Origin: a candidate division FCPU426 bacterium
Lineage (GTDB): Bacteria > Oederibacteriota > Muellerivitia > Muellerivitales > Muellerivitaceae
Assembly: GCA_963719085.1 (NCBI GenBank)
Contig: CAVRAL010000004.1
Span: 448,001 to 512,000 of the forward strand
Length of the DNA: 64,000 bases
Direction of reading: 5' to 3'
Positions 39,271 through 49,075 of the stretch are shown here, one piece after another. Made by a program: the position numbers and the translations under genes. Within the stretch, counting starts at the first letter, position 1. Every line of letters begins with the position of its first letter. The notes under the pieces were generated by a model that was not told where the DNA came from, did no database searches, and worked only from the letters and a program-made list of their open reading frames with translations.

Positions 39271-41190
39271 ATGGAAGAACTAAAAACCAAAGTCCTTTTG
39301 GCGGAAGCCTCAAATGATGCCAGGGAATATTGGAGTAATGTGCTTTCCGAGATTCATGATTCAGACATCGAGTTTCTGCGTTTTACAAACAAGAACGAAA
39401 TTGACGAATCAATTCACGATTGGATTCCTGATATCGTCGTCCTTGATTTGACAATGGCGGGAGATAGAGGCCGGGAGGAATTTTTAAATCTTTATAAATC
39501 TAATTCCGACATTCCATTCATCGTTATTGTCGGAGCCGAAAACCATGAGTTGAGCATTCAAGCCGTTCAGGCAGGGGCTCGGGATTGTTTGATCAAAATT
39601 ACGGACGATGTTTCCGCAATGAGCCGTTCCCTGCGGACTTCCATATGGAACCAAACCCACTTGAAAATGCTTCGTTCAATTATGGGAATCGATCAATTGA
39701 CGGATTTGAATAATCGAAAAAAATTATTGTTCCAAGTCGAACAAAAACTTAAACAGGCGAGCAAAACCAGGCAGATGCAGTTACTCAAGTTAAGAAAGGC
39801 GTTGCTTGAAGAAGCCGAGATTCGAATTACTATCGATCCCTATGACATCGAAGCTTATTTTTATAAGGCCAGGATATTACGGGAGCTCGATAGGATTGAA
39901 GAATCGCAACTGGCCTTCCAAGAGATTCTCAACCGTGGCCCTAAAGTGTTGGGCCCCAAAAGGGCTACCGAATCAATCTATTTTAAGGCCTATGCGGAGG
40001 CCGTATACCGACACCCCGATGATCCCGATGGACATTTAGTCCTGGCTGGGTTAATGCGAGAAAATGAAAATTTTAAATCTGCGCTCGCCGAATATGAACA
40101 TGTTTTAAAATTAATTCCGAACCATCCAAACGCGACTATTGAAAAAGAAAATTTGTTGCAATTGATTGGTAAAAAATCAGAGTTAGCTTTAAGACAGATT
40201 GAAATCCAAAGGGTTGCCGACAATTCAAAAATAAAATCTAATGCTAAGCCAATCCCAACGATTTTGCTCTCGACTTTGTCTGATTGTAATGCCCCATTTA
40301 AAAGGTTTCTGGATGAAAAAACATTTCAGGTAACCGAAATCATTTGTGAATTTTGCGATCCAAACTATGTTTTGCCCCCACATAAGTTATTCGTTAATGC
40401 CATTGGTGATGCGGATATGGGTGCGAGCGCGCTTACAAAGGCAGAGGCAATTGTAGCGAGTTCTCAATCCCCGGTAATTAATTACCCTTCTTTGGTCAAG
40501 GTTACAAGTCGTTTGGAAAACGCGAACCGGCTTTCAAAAATTAACAATGTTATAACTCCACGCATTATTGAATTGCCGAGAGATCTGCTTTCGAAATCAG
40601 CATGGCAAGAAGTGGCAAGCAATTACGGCTTCTCCTTTCCGTTTCTTTTGCGTGCCCCCGGATTTCACACTGGGCGTTACTTTCAATTGGTTTCAAATGA
40701 AAACGAACTTTTAGCGGCTGTCAAAAGTATGCCGGGCAACACCTTGTTGATGATCCAATATTTAGAAACTGTTGAATTGGATGGAAGCCTCCGAAAATAT
40801 CGGGTCATGATGATTGACGGTAAGCTTTATCCCGCCCATCTGGCTATTTCGCACCAATGGAAAATTCATTACTTTTCCTCGGATATGTTTGATAACGCGG
40901 ATTTTAGAAAGGAAGAAGCGGAGTTTTTAAGGAACATGGAAAGAACTCTCGGCCCCAAAGCCTTTAACGCGTTAGGTGATATTTGCAAGGAACTTGCCCT
41001 TGATTACGCTGGGGCCGACTTTGGTTTAGACAAAGAAGGGAATCTTGTCTTATTTGAAGCGGATGCAACTATGAATATTCCGCCATTGGGATCGGACCCC
41101 CGTTGGGATTACCGTCGCCCCTATGTTTCCAATATCATGGAGGCGGCTCGAAAAATGTTACTGGATAGGGCTTTGGCTGCAAGGGGTTAA
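39271..41190 (+). CDS. Multidomain REC + truncated GGDEF start + TPR + ATP-grasp protein
   Basis: PDIVVLDL REC; DQLTDLNNR; TPR helices; LLRAPGFHTG, RKYRV, DYAGADF, LFEADA ATP-grasp motifs. Confidence 0.75.
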   Translation: MEELKTKVLLAEASNDAREYWSNVLSEIHDSDIEFLRFTNKNEIDESIHDWIPDIVVLDLTMAGDRGREEFLNLYKSNSDIPFIVIVGAENHELSIQAVQAGARDCLIKITDDVSAMSRSLRTSIWNQTHLKMLRSIMGIDQLTDLNNRKKLLFQVEQKLKQASKTRQMQLLKLRKALLEEAEIRITIDPYDIEAYFYKARILRELDRIEESQLAFQEILNRGPKVLGPKRATESIYFKAYAEAVYRHPDDPDGHLVLAGLMRENENFKSALAEYEHVLKLIPNHPNATIEKENLLQLIGKKSELALRQIEIQRVADNSKIKSNAKPIPTILLSTLSDCNAPFKRFLDEKTFQVTEIICEFCDPNYVLPPHKLFVNAIGDADMGASALTKAEAIVASSQSPVINYPSLVKVTSRLENANRLSKINNVITPRIIELPRDLLSKSAWQEVASNYGFSFPFLLRAPGFHTGRYFQLVSNENELLAAVKSMPGNTLLMIQYLETVELDGSLRKYRVMMIDGKLYPAHLAISHQWKIHYFSSDMFDNADFRKEEAEFLRNMERTLGPKAFNALGDICKELALDYAGADFGLDKEGNLVLFEADATMNIPPLGSDPRWDYRRPYVSNIMEAARKMLLDRALAARG

Positions 41191-41223
41191 GTACTATATT
41201 CAAGTGTTAAAAGGTGGATAGAA

Positions 41224-41754
41224 ATGATAAGAGGAATATTTTTTGGAATTTTGATTACCTTAGCTTTGGGATTGGTCGGCTGTTACGTTTTTGTCGTCAA
41301 GGGTTGGATGCCAGCCAACGCCGATAGCAAACCCAGCTTGCTGGAAACCTGGGCGGCCCATAAATCCCTTCATGCTCTCATCAAACGGGAAGCGCCCCAG
41401 GGTCCCAATCCCATATCGTTGACTGACGCCAATTTGATTTCAGGAATTAAGTTCTACTCGGTTAATTGCGCCGTTTGTCATGGGACTTCGGACGCCAAAG
41501 CCTCGAATATCGCCGTCGGGCTTTACCAACACGCCCCCCAGTTGGCTCAAGATGGCGTGGAAGATGATCCGGATGGCGTTACTTATTGGAAAATTAAACA
41601 TGGGATACGCTTGACGGGGATGCCGGCATTTAGCGGAACATTGAATGATCAGCAAATTTGGCAAATCGCGCTTTTCTTGAAACACATGGATTCTTTGCCT
41701 GTTGCCCCGGAAAAGGCGTGGAAGAATTTGCCCAGCTCGGCTTCCATGAATTGA
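41224..41754 (+). CDS. Membrane-anchored c-type cytochrome
   Basis: CAVCH, GIRLTGMPAF. Confidence 0.9.
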   Translation: MIRGIFFGILITLALGLVGCYVFVVKGWMPANADSKPSLLETWAAHKSLHALIKREAPQGPNPISLTDANLISGIKFYSVNCAVCHGTSDAKASNIAVGLYQHAPQLAQDGVEDDPDGVTYWKIKHGIRLTGMPAFSGTLNDQQIWQIALFLKHMDSLPVAPEKAWKNLPSSASMN

Positions 41755-41855
41755 TGCAGTATTATTGAATTTACTTTTTTTGAAGAATTAAAATTCTTAA
41801 TACAGGACTGGATGCCTTTCAGAGTTTTAGAATGTCAAAAAGGACTAAAACGGTT

Positions 41856-42452
41856 ATGAAACTAAAGAGCTTTTTAGTGCTGTTTTCGTTCCTGTTGACT
41901 TCAGGAACGACTTTTGCCGACACCATATCCGAAACCAAAGGTACTCCGGAAAGCCCCTCGCCTATGTCGTTGGAAGACCTTGGTTTTTCCCAGGCGGACA
42001 TTAAAAGCGATCCTCAATTCCAAAAGGAAATGGATACCCGAGAGGACATGCTGAAAATCCACCAGACATTGGCCCTCCTTACTGCGGTTCCCATGACAAC
42101 CGAATTCGTCCTCGGCTTAACAACAGCTGGAAATGTATCCAAAGGAAGTACGGATACGGGTCTTCACACCACTTTGGGATTGGCAACAGTAGGCCTTTAT
42201 GGGACAGCGGCCCTTTTTGCCATACTCGCCCCGAAACCAGAAGGGCTAACCCCCAGCGGGAATACCAAAAATCACGAGGATTTGGCCTGGATTCATCTTC
42301 CGTTAATGATTCTCGTCCCTTTAGTCGGGGATATGATGAATGATCGAATTGTTAATCACCAACCCTTAGGCAATTTACCCGTGGTTCATGGCGTCATGGC
42401 AACAACCCTGTTGGTTTCCTACTTAAGTTCGGTAACGGTTATGACATTTTGA
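41856..42452 (+). CDS. Hypothetical membrane protein with His-bearing helices
   Basis: Signal peptide, several TM helices carrying His. Confidence 0.65.
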   Translation: MKLKSFLVLFSFLLTSGTTFADTISETKGTPESPSPMSLEDLGFSQADIKSDPQFQKEMDTREDMLKIHQTLALLTAVPMTTEFVLGLTTAGNVSKGSTDTGLHTTLGLATVGLYGTAALFAILAPKPEGLTPSGNTKNHEDLAWIHLPLMILVPLVGDMMNDRIVNHQPLGNLPVVHGVMATTLLVSYLSSVTVMTF

Positions 42453-42465
42453 GGGAGAAGCAACT

Positions 42466-43029
42466 TTGAAAAGAATAATGGCCTTTTTGGCATTACTGAT
42501 GCTTCCAGGCGCGGCTTTTTCGACCGATTTAACGGGTAGCTGGGTTTTGGAAAAGTCCGAATTGACCTATACCGTCACCCATCCTTTGCATGTGGTTTAT
42601 GGAAAAAGTCTATCGGCCAAGGGCAAAGGGGAATGTTTTAAAGGGCATTGTGATTTTTTGGTCGGTGTTCTGGTGAAATCATTCGTTTCCGGTGACGATA
42701 ACAGGGACTTCCATATGCAGCAAATTACAAAGGCGGGTCTTAATCCCCTGATTGAAGTAAGGGCCAAGTTTTCAGGAGACCTAAAAGAGATTCCGCCGGA
42801 AGTACTAGCAGATATGGAAATTCATTTTGCCGGCAAGGTGATGGAATATTCAAATGTAAAACTGGAAGTTACTCCTTGGCAAACAGATGGGGCCCATGTC
42901 ACAGGAACGATTCCTTTAAATCTGAAGGATTTTGATATAAATCCCCCCTCGCTCCTGACCCTTCCTATTAAAAACGAAGTCCCCGTTTCGTTGGATATGT
43001 ACTGGAAAAAAGACAAGTCCAAGAATTGA
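42466..43029 (+). CDS. YceI-family exported protein
   Basis: HPLH, FVSGDDNRDFHM, DFDINPP motifs. Confidence 0.85.
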   Translation: MKRIMAFLALLMLPGAAFSTDLTGSWVLEKSELTYTVTHPLHVVYGKSLSAKGKGECFKGHCDFLVGVLVKSFVSGDDNRDFHMQQITKAGLNPLIEVRAKFSGDLKEIPPEVLADMEIHFAGKVMEYSNVKLEVTPWQTDGAHVTGTIPLNLKDFDINPPSLLTLPIKNEVPVSLDMYWKKDKSKN

Positions 43030-43089
43030 AAAATATGCAATTCATTTGTGACGAAGTAAATCGGGTTTGGCAAGTTGCCGGTGAAATTT

Positions 43090-44454
43090 ATGAAAATTAA
43101 AGGTGGTCACTTGCGCTTTAAATATTCATTGGCAGTTCTATTTTTTATTAATTTTTTAATTCTTCAAAATGCTTTCGCTTTGGAAAACAACGATTCTTCA
43201 GTGGACCATGCGGCTTCTAACGAAGCCACTCTTTCTGGCCAAATGGGTTCTGAACCGAACGGAATATTCCCTGACCCAACCGCTTCTTTAAGCTCCACGG
43301 AAATGTGGAATGTGGACCAAGGGAAGGCGGTGCCCTTTCCAACGTCCCATCTTTCTCCCTTATCACTAACCTTGCACGGCTATGGATTTTTTGACGCTAT
43401 TGCGGAAGAAGGGGTGGACCGTGGGCGGGCTGATTTTTCAGGCCCCAATATGTTCCAGTCTGATTTAGGCTCGCCATTGGGGGATTCCCAATATTTGAAC
43501 CTGGATTTGGTTTTAACCAGCGATCTCTGGACGGTGCCTTCCATTGGAACACCGCAACTTTTTCAGATTGGGGAAAACCAGGCCAACTCCCGTTCCTTTA
43601 TTGACGCACAACCTCCCCTTAGTTCACCCATTTTGGGACTTGCCTTGAGCGACACTATCGCGTTGGTTCAGGGGGATAAAAGTTATTTAAAGCTTTTCTT
43701 CGCGCCCCGAGGCCCATCAACCGACGGGCCCATTCCTTATCTTTACCGTCTGACAGGCATGGTGAATCCGGACACCCCACTTGGTTCTATAGTTGGACAG
43801 GATTCGGGGCTTGTTTCCAGTACGGTGCTGGGCGGTGAATTGAAATTAGGCGGATTTCATATTGAAGGATCGACTTTTTATGGGAAAGAACCTGATCCCA
43901 CGCAAGTGAACTTACCTTTTGGAACTCCTGACTCTTATGCCATCCGCTTCATCCAGGAATTTTCTTCCAGTTTTATGTTGATGGCATCTTATGCCTACGT
44001 GGCGAACCCCGGAATTGGAATCTCGGGAACCAACCGCTATTCAGCTTCTTTTTATTCAAACATGCCGATTTCAGAAAACTGGAAGCTGTATAGCACCTTT
44101 ATTTATGGGGGCATTAACAATACGAATAATTCCGAGCTGCTTAATTCCTTTTTAGAAGAGTTTGCGTTAATGAATCCAAAATCAGCCATCTATGCCCGAA
44201 TCGAAGCTGTTCAGAGAACCCCCAATGAATTAGCGATCACCGGCCTGCCTAACCCTGATTCAGGCCGTTGGATTACCGCCATAACCCTTGGGTACAGCCA
44301 TCAAGTGACAACCTGGGACGGTTGGGAATTACGGGCGGGCGCTGAGGTGGGCAACGACCAGACGCCTGCGGATTATTCGACGGCTTATGAAGGAAATCCC
44401 ATTTCGTATAAGTTTTTCTTTCAGCTAGGTGGATCGCAAATGTACCACCTCTAA
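43090..44454 (+). CDS. Hypothetical outer-membrane beta-barrel-like protein
   Basis: Signal peptide, amphipathic strands, aromatic C-terminus. Confidence 0.6.
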   Translation: MKIKGGHLRFKYSLAVLFFINFLILQNAFALENNDSSVDHAASNEATLSGQMGSEPNGIFPDPTASLSSTEMWNVDQGKAVPFPTSHLSPLSLTLHGYGFFDAIAEEGVDRGRADFSGPNMFQSDLGSPLGDSQYLNLDLVLTSDLWTVPSIGTPQLFQIGENQANSRSFIDAQPPLSSPILGLALSDTIALVQGDKSYLKLFFAPRGPSTDGPIPYLYRLTGMVNPDTPLGSIVGQDSGLVSSTVLGGELKLGGFHIEGSTFYGKEPDPTQVNLPFGTPDSYAIRFIQEFSSSFMLMASYAYVANPGIGISGTNRYSASFYSNMPISENWKLYSTFIYGGINNTNNSELLNSFLEEFALMNPKSAIYARIEAVQRTPNELAITGLPNPDSGRWITAITLGYSHQVTTWDGWELRAGAEVGNDQTPADYSTAYEGNPISYKFFFQLGGSQMYHL

Positions 44455-44569
44455 AAAAAACAGGTTAAATCCAGGGACATTATTTCTCCGACAAGATAAT
44501 ACCTCCCTTGAATACGAACCAATGAACGCCTTCTTTTAAGAAACGGGTAAAGTTCCGAAAAGGAAATTA

Positions 44570-45319
44570 ATGAAACTGAAAACATTAAAGTTTTATTTTA
44601 GTTTCATACTTCTTTTCCTAGGAGTAGTAACTTCCGTAGCCTGGGCTGATGAGATTTGGCAACCAGCCGATACAAATGTTTCGCTAGTTCATTTGCCCGA
44701 AAAGATTTTTGACGACCTTCCCCATCTTTTTATCTCCGAGAACCTTATTCCATTTGCGGTGGGAAGTGTGGCCACGGCACTGGATTGGAGTGTTTTTGAC
44801 AAGCAGGATTCCTTGGCCGGTTCATTAGACAGGTTGAATGTTGAACCAGTATTCGATTTTGGGACCTTTTACGGCGCAGGCTGGGTTGAAGGTGGGGGGG
44901 CTTTGGGTACCTGGGGTTTTGGGGCGCTCACGGGAGACAAAAGGCTACAGGAGTTTGGCCGGGATGCTACCGAATCCCTAATCATGGCAACCGTAACAGT
45001 CACCGGCCTCAAATACGCGGTTGACCGGACAAGGCCCAATGGCTCTTCTTATTCATTCCCTTCTGGCCATACAATTACGGCTTTTTGCGTAGCTCCCGTC
45101 ATCGATAAATACTGGGGCGGAGAACTTGGGGTTCCGGCTTACGCTTTGGCCACGGTGACAGCCTTCGCACGGGTGGAAGACTATTGGCACTATTTATCCG
45201 ATGTGATTGCCGGGGCGACATTGGGGATTGTTATCGGAAACGCAGTGGTTTATCCGTCGAAGGATTTATCACTTTCCGCAAACCCCACTGGTTTGGAAGC
45301 GACCTTGAAATTCAATTGA
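44570..45319 (+). CDS. PAP2-family phosphatase
   Basis: KYAVDRTRP, SFPSGH, ARVEDYWHYLSDV. Confidence 0.9.
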   Translation: MKLKTLKFYFSFILLFLGVVTSVAWADEIWQPADTNVSLVHLPEKIFDDLPHLFISENLIPFAVGSVATALDWSVFDKQDSLAGSLDRLNVEPVFDFGTFYGAGWVEGGGALGTWGFGALTGDKRLQEFGRDATESLIMATVTVTGLKYAVDRTRPNGSSYSFPSGHTITAFCVAPVIDKYWGGELGVPAYALATVTAFARVEDYWHYLSDVIAGATLGIVIGNAVVYPSKDLSLSANPTGLEATLKFN

Positions 45320-45624
45320 TCTTCTTTCAACCTTCTTTATAAAACTAAAAATTCAACCTGGATGCAAACCGGATCGAGGGCGGCTATCGCCGTCGGGGTC
45401 GGTCAGCGCCTAAAAGCCAAAACGGGTCGGGCTTCGTTCCTCGCTGATCCGACCGCACGGATGTTTTGGCTTTTCCCCCGATTCTGCTAACAGAACACCG
45501 CACGACCCCTCGATTTCGATTTGCCATAACCAACACCTCTGTCTCTCCGTTTGGGCCCCCCAGATTTCATGAGGGGGCCCACCCGGAGGGTGGCTCTCCT
45601 CAATTACGAATGCGGAGCGCAACC

Positions 45625-46110
45625 ATGAAAAAGGCCAGACAAGAGGAGTTGAGTTTTGAAGGGATGTTCAAGATACCTCCGACGGTTCCCCCGGTGAGCT
45701 GGGCGGAAGCTAGGTCAGACTATAAAAGGGGTCCAGTGGTGGGTAGCCCGAATGAAGCCACGGAATACTTTAAGAAGTATATCGGAGGCAGGGAAACTGA
45801 AGCTTTTCTAGTCATGTTTTTAGACCATAGGAACCATGTTTTAGATTGTGTTTGTATGGGCGAAGGGACTGTGGACCAAACAGCGGTTTATCCTCGGGAA
45901 GTGTTCAAGAAGGCCTTTGAGCTGAATGCTGCGGGGATCATCCTTTCCCATAATCATCCGGGCGGAAGCCTGGAGGCATCAGAAGGGGATAGGCAGTTAA
46001 CCCGTCAAATCTGTACCGCCGCAAGGGCTTTAGGAATATCAGTCCATGACCACTTAATTGTGACTCATGAAGGGCATTTCTCGTTTCGACAAGCAGGACT
46101 TTTAGCTTAA
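45625..46110 (+). CDS. radC: RadC-like JAB-domain protein (mobile-element type)
   Basis: ETEAF, VYPREV, SHNHPGG..S..D, DHLIV. Confidence 0.92.
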   Translation: MKKARQEELSFEGMFKIPPTVPPVSWAEARSDYKRGPVVGSPNEATEYFKKYIGGRETEAFLVMFLDHRNHVLDCVCMGEGTVDQTAVYPREVFKKAFELNAAGIILSHNHPGGSLEASEGDRQLTRQICTAARALGISVHDHLIVTHEGHFSFRQAGLLA

Positions 46111-46114
46111 ATCC

Positions 46115-46140
46115 AAGGCCCCATTCTTAGGGGCCTTTTT
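46115..46140 (+). terminator. Intrinsic terminator after radC
   Basis: AAGGCCCC/GGGGCCTT stem followed by T-tract. Confidence 0.7.
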
Positions 46141-46319
46141 GCGTCCGGCAGGGAGGGTAGGACACCTCCCCTGCACCCCACCCCTTTTCCATCTAGAATC
46201 AATCCAAGGCTCAGTTTAAAAAGGAATGAGCGATATAATTTGCTTGAAAAATAGTCCGGAAGTTTTCCAAACAACTTTGATTGTGCGACTAATTAAACGG
46301 TTTTTGAGAAAGTCTTAAC

Positions 46320-47330
46320 ATGCCAAAAACTTGGGTATTTCCATTTGGGTATTATTATTACAGTAAAGAGGATGTTGAAAAATGGTTTAAAAAAGGCAAT
46401 GTGCTTTCCTGGATTCTCGCAATAAATTCTGATTATGATAATTTTAAGGGAGTACTTGAAGCGGCCAATTGCGAATATACGGGGTTATTGGAAAAGGGAG
46501 ATGAGGTTTACTTTTGGTCTGGTCGGAATGAATTAAAAGAAGAAGATGGATTTTTTGGATTTGGATTAGTTGTTGAAAAGCCAGGGGTTTTTCCTTTTGA
46601 GGGAATTATTGGAAAATTTTTTCGAAATAAGCAATTCGAAGTATTTCCTGATTGGGCCAGGAAATGTGATGAAGGAATCGAACCATTTATTTACGATAAA
46701 AGTAAAATGAATGGGGTTTATTATCACAGGCGTTTTAGGGTTGGAATTGAAGTTATAGCCAATTTTAAAAATATTGAATTTATACATAAGCGAAGGATTG
46801 AAGAGGACCAATATTTAAGTTCTTTAATACAACTACTTCGTGACGATAACACTCATCTATTGCTTTCGGAAGAACAGGCAAATCGGTTAAAAGTTCTTTC
46901 TGAGAAAGAGGTTTTTGGAAATAAAACTCTAGGCGGCCAAGGTTTTTCTCAAGACCCCCAATTTATTCGCGCAGTTGAGTTGCATGCAGTTGAATTGGCT
47001 AAGACGCATTACCTTAAGAACGAATACGTTGTTACTGATACCGGAAATTATGAATCTTACGATTTATCTTGTGTGAAAGATGGGGTTGAAAGGCGAGTAG
47101 AAGTTAAGGGTTCTACTACTAAAAGTTTAACAATTATTCTTACTAGGGCCGAGGTGGAACATGTTCGTAAGAAAATTACTCCTGTAGACTTAGTTTTAGT
47201 CAGCGAAATTGACATTAATAGAGGCATTGACGGGCCCAAAGCCAGTGGTGGGAATTTACGAATAGTTGAAAACTGGATGCCTTTGGATGAGAACCTAACT
47301 GTTAGAACGTACGATTATAAAATTCCTTAA
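46320..47330 (+). CDS. EVE-like domain + DUF3883 PD-(D/E)xK nuclease
   Basis: GDEVYFW..GFFGFGLV (EVE/PUA-like); AVELHAV..YDL..VEVKGST (DUF3883); AT-rich. Confidence 0.7.
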   Translation: MPKTWVFPFGYYYYSKEDVEKWFKKGNVLSWILAINSDYDNFKGVLEAANCEYTGLLEKGDEVYFWSGRNELKEEDGFFGFGLVVEKPGVFPFEGIIGKFFRNKQFEVFPDWARKCDEGIEPFIYDKSKMNGVYYHRRFRVGIEVIANFKNIEFIHKRRIEEDQYLSSLIQLLRDDNTHLLLSEEQANRLKVLSEKEVFGNKTLGGQGFSQDPQFIRAVELHAVELAKTHYLKNEYVVTDTGNYESYDLSCVKDGVERRVEVKGSTTKSLTIILTRAEVEHVRKKITPVDLVLVSEIDINRGIDGPKASGGNLRIVENWMPLDENLTVRTYDYKIP

Positions 47331-47541
47331 AACTGTTTAGTTGATGGGCAACTCTCAAAATTATTTAAAAATCATTGAAATCAAGATGTACTTCTCAAAT
47401 TATTTTTTAAAGTATGCCTTTTAATTGGCCCCGTCTTCTAAACCCAATGAATAACTAAATCCAAATAATGTCCCTTAGAATAAACGTCATACGTTATTTT
47501 GCTGATTATTTTTGACCTTTTTTCAAAGGAGGAATATACCT

Positions 47542-47784
47542 ATGCCCATGAAAAAGAAACCGGGTCGCGGGCGTCCAATGCTTGAAGGGGAAGGTGGGGT
47601 GAGGCTAATGCTCCACGTAACCCCCGAGTTATTGGGAGCGATCAACGAAAAGACGAAGGCAGAGCAGTTGAAGGACCCGAAGATTAAAAGGGCGGATGTT
47701 ATTAGGACAGCCCTAAGAGCCCATTTTTTCCCTCCCGGGAAAAGACGGGTATCTGATCCGAAAAGGGAACCAGCCAAGGAATAG
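47542..47784 (+). CDS. Ribbon-helix-helix (CopG-like) DNA-binding protein
   Basis: GRGRP, LMLHV strand, RADVIRTAL; AGGAGG RBS. Confidence 0.75.
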   Translation: MPMKKKPGRGRPMLEGEGGVRLMLHVTPELLGAINEKTKAEQLKDPKIKRADVIRTALRAHFFPPGKRRVSDPKREPAKE

Positions 47785-47844
47785 CTTGGCGGTGCCCCGC
47801 CAGGCTTGCTGATCCGAGGAAGATTCCGGAAAGCCAGGTGCGGT

Positions 47845-48750
47845 ATGTCGAAAGAATCAAAGAAAGTCCTAAATCTCCTAACCTCAAACCAACCAATAAC
47901 TGAATTAGAACCCAGGGACATAGACCCCCTGGCCTATATCCAGGCCAACAAGTTCATCACGACCAAACTCTTTCACCGCAAGTTTCACCCCTCCCAAAGC
48001 TATACAACGGCCTGTATTCATTTGCGGGGATTGGTTAGCCGGGGACTTCTTCTGAAGACCCAAAAGCTTCCAAACGATGACACCTACTTTTACCTCTCCC
48101 GTCCGGCTATCAAATATTTATCGGGCCTTGCCCGAATCCTAACCTCCCCGGAAATCCGCTCCCCCCATATCAACCCCTTTGAACGGGAACATGACAAACG
48201 GGTAATGACCTTGCGGGTTCAAATTGAGCAGGAAGGGGGGATCGGGGGCATGACCTGGCTTTCGGATTACGAAATGCGTTGTGGCCTGCGGATGGACTGG
48301 AAAAGGGCCCTGGCCGAGGGCCGGGGTTGGGACCTCGCCGGGCAAAAACTGCGCCGGGTTCACCACCGCACCCCGGACGGCTATTTCGAGGGAACCCTGG
48401 ACGGTAAGGCCTATGCCTTTGTCCTGGAATACGAACACTCCTCTTACAACCGGGACAAGATTACCGGAATGGTTCTTAACCTGACCCGGGACTTCCCCCA
48501 AGCCTTTCGCTTGGTGGTCAGCCGGGACAGGGACCACGCGATCCGGATGATGAACGGAATGGAAATCTTCCTTAGGTCGGATCTTCAGGAAAGGGCCCTC
48601 TGGGCCTTTTCCTTTTTCGACAAGGTAGACCGAGTCCCCTTTGTCCGGGTGCCTTGGGCCACCCTGGACGGAACCTACCTGCCTTTCGTCAAAGACCCAA
48701 TCCTTAAGGCGGTTCCGGCCCGAGACAAACGGGAAGAGGTGGCCTCATGA
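47845..48750 (+). CDS. Replication-relaxation-like protein (wHTH + PD-(D/E)xK fold)
   Basis: N-terminal wHTH (LRGLVSRGLL..YFYLS), EHD, TPDGYF..VLEYEHS. Confidence 0.7.
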   Translation: MSKESKKVLNLLTSNQPITELEPRDIDPLAYIQANKFITTKLFHRKFHPSQSYTTACIHLRGLVSRGLLLKTQKLPNDDTYFYLSRPAIKYLSGLARILTSPEIRSPHINPFEREHDKRVMTLRVQIEQEGGIGGMTWLSDYEMRCGLRMDWKRALAEGRGWDLAGQKLRRVHHRTPDGYFEGTLDGKAYAFVLEYEHSSYNRDKITGMVLNLTRDFPQAFRLVVSRDRDHAIRMMNGMEIFLRSDLQERALWAFSFFDKVDRVPFVRVPWATLDGTYLPFVKDPILKAVPARDKREEVAS

Positions 48751-48795
48751 AGTGTAATGAGAACCATAAGCAGGTTATTGCGAAAAGGGGTGAAA

Positions 48796-49045
48796 ACGCC
48801 CGCGCCCACATGATGGTTGGTTGTTCGTCGACGCCAGCCCCCACTCCCACTGGATCAGATAGGAGTACCAGTAATAAGGGAGTGGGGGCTGGCCTCTATA
48901 ACAACCAAGTGGGCGCGGGCGTGAGGATGAAAGAAGTAAAGATTAAAGGCGTAAGTCAACACCGTGGAAAACCCCCCGATTCGTCCCTGTCGGGCCGGGC
49001 GGGGTTTTCCACACCTTTCTCCGATGGGTGGACCCTGAGGGGTCC
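48796..49045. other. Structured nested inverted repeats, candidate origin (oriT/oriV) or ncRNA
   Basis: Stems of 14, 9, 16 and 5 bp nested in 48796-48922; 12-bp stem 48964-49012; 6-bp stem 49030-49045. Confidence 0.7.
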
Positions 49046-49075
49046 TTTATTTTCAGTTTATTCAGGAGGCCGGTA

